Shown piece by piece: positions 17,373-24,763 of a stretch of DNA of 50,614 bases. Positions within the stretch are counted from its first letter, which is position 1; each line of letters begins with the position of its first letter. Where the stretch lies: IMG/VR virus record IMGVR_UViG_3300031992_000143, positions 1 to 50,614 of that record, one strand, 5' to 3'. A model generated the notes under the pieces. It searched no databases. It was not told the origin of the DNA and saw only the letters and a program-made list of their open reading frames with translations. Origin of the DNA: a virus. A program made the translations under genes and the position numbers.

Positions 17373-17610
17373 TTCACTCTATATTCGTGGGTTCAGGGCC
17401 GGAATCCGGGCGGTGCTTGATTTTGTCGATAATATCGACAAAAGTAAAAACAAGTCCGCGAAGGTTGTGAGTAAGAACACGGTGCAACTGGTGAAACTTT
17501 TGCACGAAAACGCCGTGGAACTTGCAGAAGGCGAACGCCCCGAACTTTGGATTTCCCCGGAGGGAAAACTGTTTTTCAAAAATGGGAAAAAGTCTCAAAA
17601 TGGAATTTAG
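17359..17610 (+). CDS. hypothetical protein
   Basis: 83-aa ORF with a 14-nt overlap to the upstream gene. Confidence 0.6.
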   Translation: MQRLDSLYIRGFRAGIRAVLDFVDNIDKSKNKSAKVVSKNTVQLVKLLHENAVELAEGERPELWISPEGKLFFKNGKKSQNGI

Positions 17611-18022
17611 TATCTACCAATTAGCTAGGCAGCGAATCGCCGGGGCAACGATCAAGGCGCCGACAAAGAAAGTAGTGCTTTCGGAGTGCGGACACCTCGT
17701 AAAGTCGAAAGAATCGAAGAAACCGAGGGAGAAGCACGAACCGACGCCCGAGGAAATCGAAGAACGGAAAATCAGGCAGCGCAAGTATTCACACGAATGG
17801 TACTTGAAGCACAAGGCCGAATGTACGGCGAAAAGCAGGGAATGGGCCAGGAACAACCGCGAGAAGGCGCGAAACTTTAGCCGGAACTACTACTGGTCGC
17901 ATCGCGAAGAACGGAACGCGGCATCGAAAAAGTGGCGCGACGAGAACAAAGAAATCTATAACGCACGCATGAGGGCATACAGAAAGAAGCAAAAAGCGCA
18001 AAAGCAAGCCCAAAACCCTTAA
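17582..18022 (+). CDS. basic protein with (W/Y)-x3-N/H-x-E-K repeats (paralog of 26002..26304 and 26283..26747)
   Basis: ORF 17522..18022. The start is uncertain (ATG 17582 or 17600). Repeats read HEWYLKHKAE, SREWARNNREKA, RNYYWSHREER, KKWRDENKEIY. Confidence 0.65.
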   Translation: MGKSLKMEFSIYQLARQRIAGATIKAPTKKVVLSECGHLVKSKESKKPREKHEPTPEEIEERKIRQRKYSHEWYLKHKAECTAKSREWARNNREKARNFSRNYYWSHREERNAASKKWRDENKEIYNARMRAYRKKQKAQKQAQNP

Positions 18023-18026
18023 ATTT

Positions 18027-18048
18027 AGCCCGTTTTCGGGCTTTTTTG
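18027..18048 (+). terminator. rho-independent terminator
   Basis: AGCCCG-tttt-CGGGCT followed by TTTTTT, 5 nt after stop 18022. Confidence 0.7.
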
Positions 18049-18086
18049 TTTGAAGAAATTTTTACACATTTTTTATAAAAAATATC

Positions 18087-18115
18087 TTGACAAGTTATAA
18101 AGAATTATGTATATT
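18087..18115 (+). promoter_or_regulatory. sigma70-type early promoter TTGACA-N17-TATATT with the conserved AATTATGTATATTAT box
   Basis: -35 at 18087-18092 and -10 at 18110-18115. A 15-nt box is shared exactly with 28183-28197. Confidence 0.55.
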
Positions 18116-18141
18116 ATAGACATAAAGACGAGGTTAATAAA

Positions 18142-18339
18142 ATGAAAAATGAAACTAGAAAATCTCTTGCAAACCAGCTCTTCGACCTTTACGCAAAAAA
18201 GAACAACTGGAAAATCGAAGAGGGCCATAATAAAAAAAAATGGGTAAAATGGCTTCTTGAAGGTCGTTTTAGCATCGGCTACAAAAGTTTCGACGAGCTT
18301 AAAGAATGGCGAGATAGAATGGTTGCCGAAATGGCGTAA
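18142..18339 (+). CDS. hypothetical protein
   Basis: 65-aa ORF with ACGAGGT RBS, the first gene after the promoter. Confidence 0.7.
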   Translation: MKNETRKSLANQLFDLYAKKNNWKIEEGHNKKKWVKWLLEGRFSIGYKSFDELKEWRDRMVAEMA

Positions 18340-18363
18340 CTCATAAAAAAAGAGGATTTTCAA

Positions 18364-18618
18364 ATGGAAGAAAAAATTTTAAAGGCGTTAGACCTCAAAC
18401 AGCAATTCCAGCACGGAATCTATGAAGATGGGGCCGGTCACTTTGTCATCGACATTTCCGACTTCAACAAGCTCGGCACGATCTGTTTTATCGGTTGCGT
18501 TTACGCAAACCCGAACCAGGAAAACAGAACAACGGATTTAGTCTGGAATGTCAAGACCGTAAAAGAACTTAAGGCGGTCTATGAAATGTGGAAAAAAGTT
18601 GTTATCGTCAACTACTAA
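18364..18618 (+). CDS. hypothetical protein
   Basis: 84-aa ORF with a GAGGA RBS. Confidence 0.75.
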   Translation: MEEKILKALDLKQQFQHGIYEDGAGHFVIDISDFNKLGTICFIGCVYANPNQENRTTDLVWNVKTVKELKAVYEMWKKVVIVNY

Positions 18619-18633
18619 AAAGGAGCCTATCAA

Positions 18634-18810
18634 ATGGGTTACACAACGCTAAAACCGACCAGCATCACGCCGAAGGCGCATGAGCTGGCAAAGAAAGAAG
18701 CCAATCGGCGCGAAAACATGGGCATCCCGTCCAGCATTACCGCAGTCATTTCCGAAGCCGTAATCGACAAGTACGGCGAAAACAACACCAAGAAGGAGGC
18801 GAAAAAATGA
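18634..18810 (+). CDS. small protein (58 aa), possibly ribbon-helix-helix-like
   Basis: Below the track cutoff. AAGGAG at 18620-18625, ATG 18634. Sequence MGYTTLKPTSITPKAHELAKKEANRRENMGIPSSITAVISEAVIDKYGENNTKKEAKK. Confidence 0.55.
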   Translation: MGYTTLKPTSITPKAHELAKKEANRRENMGIPSSITAVISEAVIDKYGENNTKKEAKK

Positions 18811-18956
18811 ACAAGGACAAACTCTTTCTCGCGACAATCAACGGCGAACTGGTGGGCGTCATGACGATGGCAGACGCTATCAAGTACGCCTGGAACATGA
18901 ACCACGCCACGCTTTCTCTTGAACCCGAACCGGCACCCGCAAAAAAGGAGGCATAG
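18807..18956 (+). CDS. small hypothetical protein (49 aa)
   Basis: AAGGAGG at 18792-18798 with ATGA overlap. Sequence starts MNKDKLFLATINGELVGVMTMADAIKYAWNMNH. Confidence 0.5.
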   Translation: MNKDKLFLATINGELVGVMTMADAIKYAWNMNHATLSLEPEPAPAKKEA

Positions 18957-18958
18957 CC

Positions 18959-19168
18959 ATGGCAGACGAAAAGACTGTAACTTACAAGTCGCACAAGTCC
19001 CGTTCCGAATTTTCGGTGAAGGGAACGCCGACAAGGGCCTATCTTGCCGTGAGTGGCGATGCCGCCACGAATCAGAAGGTAATGAAGCAGATTGGCGATG
19101 TGCGTAAAGGCTCTTATGACTTCGCCACCGTTGACTGGATGGCCCGCCAGCTCAAAGAAATATACTAG
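18959..19168 (+). CDS. hypothetical protein
   Basis: 69-aa ORF with AAGGAGG upstream. Confidence 0.7.
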   Translation: MADEKTVTYKSHKSRSEFSVKGTPTRAYLAVSGDAATNQKVMKQIGDVRKGSYDFATVDWMARQLKEIY

Positions 19169-19215
19169 AGAATTTCATAAGCAAAAAAAAGACTTTTCAC
19201 AGGAAACTTTTTAAA

Positions 19216-20325
19216 ATGAGCGAAAACAAAGAACTCAAAACAATCGAACCAATCAAGATTGAAGAAGATTATTCCGTCACCGTCACCCACAAGGAAAACC
19301 TCTTGTCCTTTTTCAAGGATGGCGCGAACCTTGACGGCCTTTACAATGTGGTTGAAACAAAGGCCCGCGCACTTGTTGCCGATGTAACGACAAAGGAGGG
19401 CGTTTCCCAGATCAAGAGCACCGCCCGACAGATTGCGAGCATCAAGAAGCGCGTCGATGACCTGGGCAAGGATATTGTGGCGGAACTTAAGGACTTGCCG
19501 AAGCAGATTGACGCGAACCGCAAGAAGTGGCGCGAAGACATGGAAGCCCTGCAAGAAGAAATCCGTAAGCCGGTTACCGAAATCGAGAACCGACAGAAGG
19601 TAATCGAGGAAATCAAGGCCACCCACGGCAAGATGGCTCTGTCCGGCTCCGAAGAAATCAAGGCCGCTATCGAATCTCTTGACAAAATCGAACTTACTGG
19701 CGATAAATGGAAGGAAAGCCTCGAAGACGCCACCGCTGCCGTGACGGCCGAAAAGGGCGCCCTCGAAGTCATGCTTAACGCCGCGCTCAAGAAGGAGGCC
19801 GAAGCCCGCGAGCTCGAAGAGCTCCGCAGGAAGCAGGAAGAAGCCGAGCGCATTATCCGCGAGCAGAAAATTCGCGAGGAGGCCGAGCGCAAGGCACGCG
19901 AAGAAGCCGAGGCCAGGGCCGCAGCAGAAAAGGCCCGCCTTGAGCGCGAAAAGGCCGAGGCCGAACGCAAGGCCGCCGAGGCTGAAAAAGCCGCAAAGGA
20001 GGCCATGGAACGCGAAGCGGAGGCACGCAGGAACAAGGCAACCGCAAGCGTCGATTTTCCCGTGTTCCAGGGGGCAGCCGCCACGGCCAACAACGGCGCA
20101 CAAACCGCGACGCCAGGGAAAAGGCCGTCCAGGTGGACCGACGAACAGAAGAAAGTCAACAGCGCAATTCTCGCACGGTTTGCCGAAATCATCCGCGCAA
20201 GTCTGCCGAAGCACATCGCGGGCCATTCCGACCAGGGCTATGAACTCGCCGCAAACGAGGCCGCAAAGGAAATCATCAAGGCGATCGCGTGCGGGAAAAT
20301 TGAAAACATCAAAGTGGAGTACTAG
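19216..20325 (+). CDS. DUF1351-like protein with a long Ala/Glu/Arg/Lys coiled coil (recombination-module accessory)
   Basis: 369 aa. N-terminal pattern KIEEDYSVTVTHKENLLSFF...VSQIKSTARQIASIKKRVDDLGKDI...ANRKKW. Lies upstream of the exonuclease and annealing protein. Confidence 0.65.
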   Translation: MSENKELKTIEPIKIEEDYSVTVTHKENLLSFFKDGANLDGLYNVVETKARALVADVTTKEGVSQIKSTARQIASIKKRVDDLGKDIVAELKDLPKQIDANRKKWREDMEALQEEIRKPVTEIENRQKVIEEIKATHGKMALSGSEEIKAAIESLDKIELTGDKWKESLEDATAAVTAEKGALEVMLNAALKKEAEARELEELRRKQEEAERIIREQKIREEAERKAREEAEARAAAEKARLEREKAEAERKAAEAEKAAKEAMEREAEARRNKATASVDFPVFQGAAATANNGAQTATPGKRPSRWTDEQKKVNSAILARFAEIIRASLPKHIAGHSDQGYELAANEAAKEIIKAIACGKIENIKVEY

Positions 20326-20329
20326 CAAC

Positions 20330-20467
20330 ATGACACAGAAAAGAATCAAAGAAGAACGCGAATTTGCGGCCCAGTGCATGCTCGAAAAGTTCGACGAAAT
20401 GCTGGAAGCCGGAGAAATCACTCAACAGCGACACGACGAGCTCGTGGCAAAGGTAAAGGGGGTATAA
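20330..20467 (+). CDS. small hypothetical protein (45 aa)
   Basis: ATG 20330 with GGAG 10 nt upstream. Fills the gap between two well-supported genes. Confidence 0.45.
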   Translation: MTQKRIKEEREFAAQCMLEKFDEMLEAGEITQQRHDELVAKVKGV

Positions 20468-20469
20468 CC

Positions 20470-21444
20470 ATGGAATTTATCGAAATAAAGCGCAACGAGT
20501 CCGAAAAGGCCGCATGGCTGGAAAAGCGCAAGCACTACATCACCGGCACCGACGCGGGCAAGCTCATCGGCGTGTCCCCGTGGGGCGGCAAGTTCGCCGT
20601 ATGGCTCGACAAGACGGGCCGCGCCGCGCCCGTTGTCGAAACGCCCGCGATGAAGGCCGGCAAGAAGTTCGAATCGGCTATTTTGCAGACTTACGCCGAG
20701 GAAATGAACTGCAAGCTGGAACACGTTGACGGCTACAACCTCATTACTTGCGACAAGTACCCGCGCCTCGGGGCGTCCCTCGACGGCTGGAACCACGACC
20801 TTCAAATTCCGGTCGATGCAAAGAACATCAAGTGGAAAAACGAGAAGTGGGGCGACACATGGACGGACCAGTTCCCAGAATATTACAAGGCACAGCTCCA
20901 GGTGCAGATGATGGTGACGGGCGCGACATTCGCACATCTCGCCGTCATGTTCAGCGGCCAGGACTTCTTCATCTATTCCATGGAATACGACGAAGAAATG
21001 GCGCAGAAGATTCTCGACGCCACCGAGGAATTTTGGCCCTATGTCGAACGCGACAAGATGCCGGAAGCCGACGGCTCCGACGAGGCCACGGAATACATCA
21101 AGAGCGAGTTCGCAAGGGGTGACGCCGCCGCCGTCAAGGAGCCGACAGAAGAAATCCTCGAAGCCTTGAAGGGCTTGCAGAAGGCCAAGCTCGACGAGAA
21201 GGATGCACAGACTAGAAAAGCCGAATTCGAGAACCGCATCAAGCTGTTCATGGGCGACGCGACCGCGATCAAGGGCGTGTGTACCTGGAACAACAACAAG
21301 GACAGCGTGAAGACGGACTGGGAGCAGGTGGCAAGCGTGGCCCTCGCGTCAATGAGCGCCGAAGACCAGAAAAAACTGATAGCCTCGTACACGAAAACGA
21401 AACCTGGGGCGCGTGTTCTCCGAATCACGGCAAAAGGTTACTAA
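20470..21444 (+). CDS. YqaJ-type (lambda-exonuclease-like, PD-(D/E)xK) recombination exonuclease
   Basis: ORF 20374..21444 trimmed to ATG 20470 (AAGGGGG RBS). Motifs: WLEKRKHYITGTDAGKLIGVSPW...ASLDG...PVDAKN...YYKAQLQVQM. Confidence 0.85.
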   Translation: MEFIEIKRNESEKAAWLEKRKHYITGTDAGKLIGVSPWGGKFAVWLDKTGRAAPVVETPAMKAGKKFESAILQTYAEEMNCKLEHVDGYNLITCDKYPRLGASLDGWNHDLQIPVDAKNIKWKNEKWGDTWTDQFPEYYKAQLQVQMMVTGATFAHLAVMFSGQDFFIYSMEYDEEMAQKILDATEEFWPYVERDKMPEADGSDEATEYIKSEFARGDAAAVKEPTEEILEALKGLQKAKLDEKDAQTRKAEFENRIKLFMGDATAIKGVCTWNNNKDSVKTDWEQVASVALASMSAEDQKKLIASYTKTKPGARVLRITAKGY

Positions 21445-21465
21445 AAAGTAAGAAATAAATAATTT

Positions 21466-21496
21466 TTGGAACGACTACAAAATTGTATGTTATATG
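21466..21496 (+). promoter_or_regulatory. possible promoter (TTGGAA ... TGtTATATG), a degenerate relative of the early-promoter box
   Basis: The sequence AATTGTATGTTATATG resembles AATTATGTATATT. Leader plus AGAGGT RBS run to ATG 21531. Confidence 0.35.
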
Positions 21497-21530
21497 CACA
21501 TTTCAAACAACAAAAAAGAGGTAAACTAAA

Positions 21531-22595
21531 ATGGAAAACAACAGTTTCAATGTTCCCGCAGAATTTAACCCGCAGAACAACGGCAACGCCGCCGCCGTTC
21601 CGACGGTAGCCATGTCCTCCGCAGAAACAGCCGCTATCGCAATGGCGGCACAGCAGAAAGCCGTGGTCGAGGCACGCTACAAGATGGCTCTTGCCCGCCC
21701 CCGCGATCTTGACATGGTGCGCCAGGCAATGCTTAAGGACGCAAGCCGCCCCAGCTTTGCAAGCGTCGCAATTTATCACAAGCCCGTGGGCAACGGCGTG
21801 GAAGGCCCCTCGATTCGCTTTGTAGAAGCCGCTATCCGAAACATGACTAACATCTTGACGGAAACTTTCACCGTCTCCGAAGACGATGAACGCCGCGTTA
21901 TCCGCGTTTCCGTTTCCGACCTTGAAGCGAACACCTATTTTTCCCAGGAAGTCACCGTCACGAAAACCGTTGAACGCCGCAAGCTCCCGCAGGGAGAAAA
22001 GCCGATCCGGGTGCGTGCGAACAGCAACGGACAGCCCATCTACATCCTGCACGCCACCGACGATGAAATCCTGAACAAGCAGAACGCACTTATTTCAAAG
22101 GCCGTTCGTACTCTTGGCCTCCGCCTGATTCCCGGCGACCTCGTAGATGAAGCTCTCTGGAAAATCAAGCAGACCATGGCACAGCAAGACCGCCAAGACC
22201 CGGACGCCGCAAAGCACCGCATCATCGACGCTTTCGCACAGCTCGGCGTGAGCGTGGAGACCCTGAAGGAATTTGTGGGCCACGAACTTTCCGCACTCGA
22301 CCCTAACGAAATCCAGTTGCTCCGTTCCACCTATTCCGCTATCAAGGATGGCGAGACTAGCTGGAAGGCCGTCATGGACGACAAGGCAGAAAAGGAAGCC
22401 AACGCCAAGGAAAAGGCAAAGCAGAACGCGCCGACCACGGCAAAGAAGGCCGAAAACAAGAAGGCCGAACCCGTGACGGAAAAGGCACAGACGCGAAACG
22501 ACAAGAAGGCCTCCGCAACGCCTGAACAGCCGACCGTGACCGATGCCGAAGTCGTGGAAGATTCCGAACCGGCAGACAGCGATATGTTTGCATAG
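21531..22595 (+). CDS. putative single-strand annealing protein (recombinase) with an acidic C-terminal tail
   Basis: 354-aa ORF directly after the YqaJ exonuclease and before SSB. The family could not be assigned by eye. The tail reads VVEDSEPADSDMFA. Confidence 0.5.
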   Translation: MENNSFNVPAEFNPQNNGNAAAVPTVAMSSAETAAIAMAAQQKAVVEARYKMALARPRDLDMVRQAMLKDASRPSFASVAIYHKPVGNGVEGPSIRFVEAAIRNMTNILTETFTVSEDDERRVIRVSVSDLEANTYFSQEVTVTKTVERRKLPQGEKPIRVRANSNGQPIYILHATDDEILNKQNALISKAVRTLGLRLIPGDLVDEALWKIKQTMAQQDRQDPDAAKHRIIDAFAQLGVSVETLKEFVGHELSALDPNEIQLLRSTYSAIKDGETSWKAVMDDKAEKEANAKEKAKQNAPTTAKKAENKKAEPVTEKAQTRNDKKASATPEQPTVTDAEVVEDSEPADSDMFA

Positions 22596-22598
22596 TCG

Positions 22599-22799
22599 AT
22601 GAAGCGTCCCCTGAAATATCCTACCGCGTCGATAGTAGGCGAAAAGTTCGGCCTACATTCCGAAGAATACAGGCGTGTTTACGCCCTGGAACAATGGGCG
22701 GCGCGGCATGGCTACAAAGGGCATAAGAAGCACATCGTGCCGACAAAGCAAGACCGGAGCAAACAGCAATCTTTAATCTTGATGGAGTTTGAACAATAA
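22599..22799 (+). CDS. hypothetical protein
   Basis: 66-aa ORF with no clear SD sequence. Confidence 0.5.
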   Translation: MKRPLKYPTASIVGEKFGLHSEEYRRVYALEQWAARHGYKGHKKHIVPTKQDRSKQQSLILMEFEQ

Positions 22800-22817
22800 A
22801 TAGGATTTGTACAAAAA

Positions 22818-23366
22818 ATGGCTTATTTGATAAAGACACACGAAAAAAGCGGATTACTAGTCTGTTCAAATGGGTCTGTTTTTATTCCCGAAAGTCGTAA
22901 ATACAAGGAACACTGGACGTGCGGATCATTGTGTAGAAAATATAGGATAGTCCACCATAACGGCAAGAATTACAGCGTTCACAGAATGGTCGCGGAAACT
23001 TTCATTGAAAATCAAAACAACTACCCAACTGTAGATCATATAGATAGAAATCCATTAAATAACGATGTATCAAATTTGAGATGGGCTAGTTATTCTATGC
23101 AAATGAGGAATACTTCTCAAAATGATAGATGTTTCAAAAAATATGGTACGCATTATTACGAAAATGAAAAGGAATGCAGAAAACGGAGTGTGTATGAATA
23201 TTTAAAAACTCCCAAAGGGAAAGAAGTCCACTCAAAAGCAGTCAAAAAATGGAGATCAAAATATAGACGGTTAAAATTCAATGATGGTAAAATACACTAT
23301 GTGCCTTTAGAAAAGGCTAAAGAATTTGAAAACTTAAAATCATATCAAAGAATTTATACAAAATAA
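22818..23366 (+). CDS. free-standing HNH homing endonuclease (NUMOD4/HNH_3-like)
   Basis: 182 aa. Motif VHRMVAETFIENQNNYPTVDHIDRNPLNNDVSNLRWAS. Visibly AT-rich relative to its neighbours. Flanked by a duplicated ssb translation-start sequence. Confidence 0.85.
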   Translation: MAYLIKTHEKSGLLVCSNGSVFIPESRKYKEHWTCGSLCRKYRIVHHNGKNYSVHRMVAETFIENQNNYPTVDHIDRNPLNNDVSNLRWASYSMQMRNTSQNDRCFKKYGTHYYENEKECRKRSVYEYLKTPKGKEVHSKAVKKWRSKYRRLKFNDGKIHYVPLEKAKEFENLKSYQRIYTK

Positions 23367-23379
23367 CAAAGGATTTAAA

Positions 23380-23832
23380 ATGGCTTTTTTAAATAAATGT
23401 ATACTCATCGGCAACATCGGGAAAGACCCCGAAATTAAGACTCTCCAGAACGGCAGGAAATTCGTTTCTTTTTCGCTCGCCACCAGCAAGCGTTACCGCG
23501 ACAACAACGGCGAACAGAAAGAAGAAACCCAATGGCATAACATCGTTATTTGGGGCAAAACCGCCGAGACATTCGAGAATATCGGAATCGGAAAAGGAAC
23601 GCAGCTCTACATCGAGGGCGAAATCACCAACCGGAGCTGGACAGACCAGACAACTGGGCAGAAGCGATACACTACCGAAATCAATGTAGGCACGTTCCAG
23701 ATTCTTTCGTCAAGGAATACGCAGGGAACATCCGGCAACGGCGCAAGCAACGGTGGCGCATACGGAGCAAACCAGCAGACGCGACCGCAACAGGCATACA
23801 ACGCGAGCGAGGACGACGACCTTCCCTTTTAA
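23380..23832 (+). CDS. ssb: single-stranded DNA-binding protein
   Basis: 150 aa. OB-fold N-terminus (NKCILIGNIGKDPEIKTLQNGRKFVSFSLAT...WHNIVIWGKTAE), a Gly/Gln-rich linker, and the canonical C-terminal DDDLPF. Confidence 0.95.
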   Translation: MAFLNKCILIGNIGKDPEIKTLQNGRKFVSFSLATSKRYRDNNGEQKEETQWHNIVIWGKTAETFENIGIGKGTQLYIEGEITNRSWTDQTTGQKRYTTEINVGTFQILSSRNTQGTSGNGASNGGAYGANQQTRPQQAYNASEDDDLPF

Positions 23833-23923
23833 GTCACGGGGCGTCAATCTATGATTCGATCTGTGGTCAGAACTTGACGCTTTGCCAGCCTTCGCCTAAA
23901 AGGTGTGACGAATTAGGCACAAC

Positions 23924-24017
23924 GCCATCATAGCTCAACGGTAGAGCAGCAAAATCGTGGCTATGCTCCACGGATGTAGTCGAACGCATCGTGCGGGTTC
24001 GAGCCCCGCTGATGGCA
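23924..24017 (+). tRNA. atypical 94-nt tRNA-like gene (canonical acceptor, D and T arms; non-canonical middle with two hairpins; anticodon unclear)
   Basis: Acceptor GCCATCA/TGATGGC. D arm TAGCTCAACGGTAGAGCA. T arm GCGGG-TTCGAGC-CCCGC. Discriminator A, no encoded CCA. 45 nt lie between the D and T arms: AGCAAAAT, then CGTGG-CTATGCT-CCACG, then GATGT-AGTCGAAC-GCATC, then GT. Confidence 0.45.
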
Positions 24018-24057
24018 CTAGCCCTTGAAGGTAAAATTTTGAAGCGAGGACGCAGAA

Positions 24058-24267
24058 ATGAGCAACCCATCAAAAATACATCGAGCTGAAAACATGTGGA
24101 TCATGTTCGCGCCGTACCGCCACGCCATCAAGGAGGACTGTCCCGCGAAGATGAAGCTCGCCCTGATGGTGAACAAATGGATGAACCCTTGGCACGCTAT
24201 GCAGGACCTGGAAAAAGTAATACCGGCCAAAAGGCTCGCGAAACTGAAAGAGAATTTAAAAGGATAA
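24058..24267 (+). CDS. hypothetical protein
   Basis: 69-aa ORF with a GAGGA RBS. Confidence 0.65.
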   Translation: MSNPSKIHRAENMWIMFAPYRHAIKEDCPAKMKLALMVNKWMNPWHAMQDLEKVIPAKRLAKLKENLKG

Positions 24268-24288
24268 TCTACAACGAGGTAAAACAAA

Positions 24289-24763
24289 ATGAACGAAAAA
24301 AAATCATATCTATGACGATTGCATCGGGAATCCGCCGTTTGCCGGTGCCATTAAGATTCTCGACGAGAACTACTTGACGGAGCCACAGCGCAAGTACTTC
24401 GAAGAAAAGAAGACCCAGATTGAAGCCATAAAGACGGCAACCGAAACCGAAGAAACGCTTAAGAAATTTGCACTCGCCAATTTGACCTATGCAAGGGACT
24501 TGCAGGGCAAATGCAACAGGCTTGAAGAAGAATGTAAGCGCGAAATCGAAAATATCAACAAATGCAATAACGCCCGTGCTAAAAAATACGACGATAATTG
24601 CCGAAAGCTAGGAAAAGCCATGGGCGTGATGGTAGCCTGCTACCAGGCTATCGACCGTAACTTCGGTGACAAGATTCGCGAGCACATCGAGAAGAACAAC
24701 CGCACCCAGAAGGAAGGACAGATGAGAGCCCTCATGGAGCAGATGCAGAGGCTCACGAAGTAG
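24289..24763 (+). CDS. coiled-coil protein whose ATG and body are in different frames across an A8 tract (needs a +1 shift or loss of one A); N-terminus carries a DDCIGNPPF motif
   Basis: ACGAGGT-N8-ATG at 24289 gives MNEKKSYL-stop. The long ORF (frame of 24302, open to 24763) has no ATG of its own; the track's start is TTG 24374. The A8 run at 24296-24303 joins the two frames if read as A7. Confidence 0.5.

Noticed and set aside
19165-20421. 418-aa and 291-aa minus-strand ORFs across the DUF1351-like gene
   Set aside because: They are created by the antisense of the long GAG/GCC/AAG (Glu/Ala/Lys) coiled-coil repeat. The products are Leu/Phe/Ala/Ser/Arg-rich low-complexity sequence, opposite in direction to the whole early block.
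24096-24377. 93-aa plus-strand ORF spanning 24096..24377
   Set aside because: It overlaps the better-supported 24058..24267 gene in another frame, has an Arg/Pro/Gly-rich composition and has no RBS. It matters only as the frame that a -1 slip in the A8 tract would enter.
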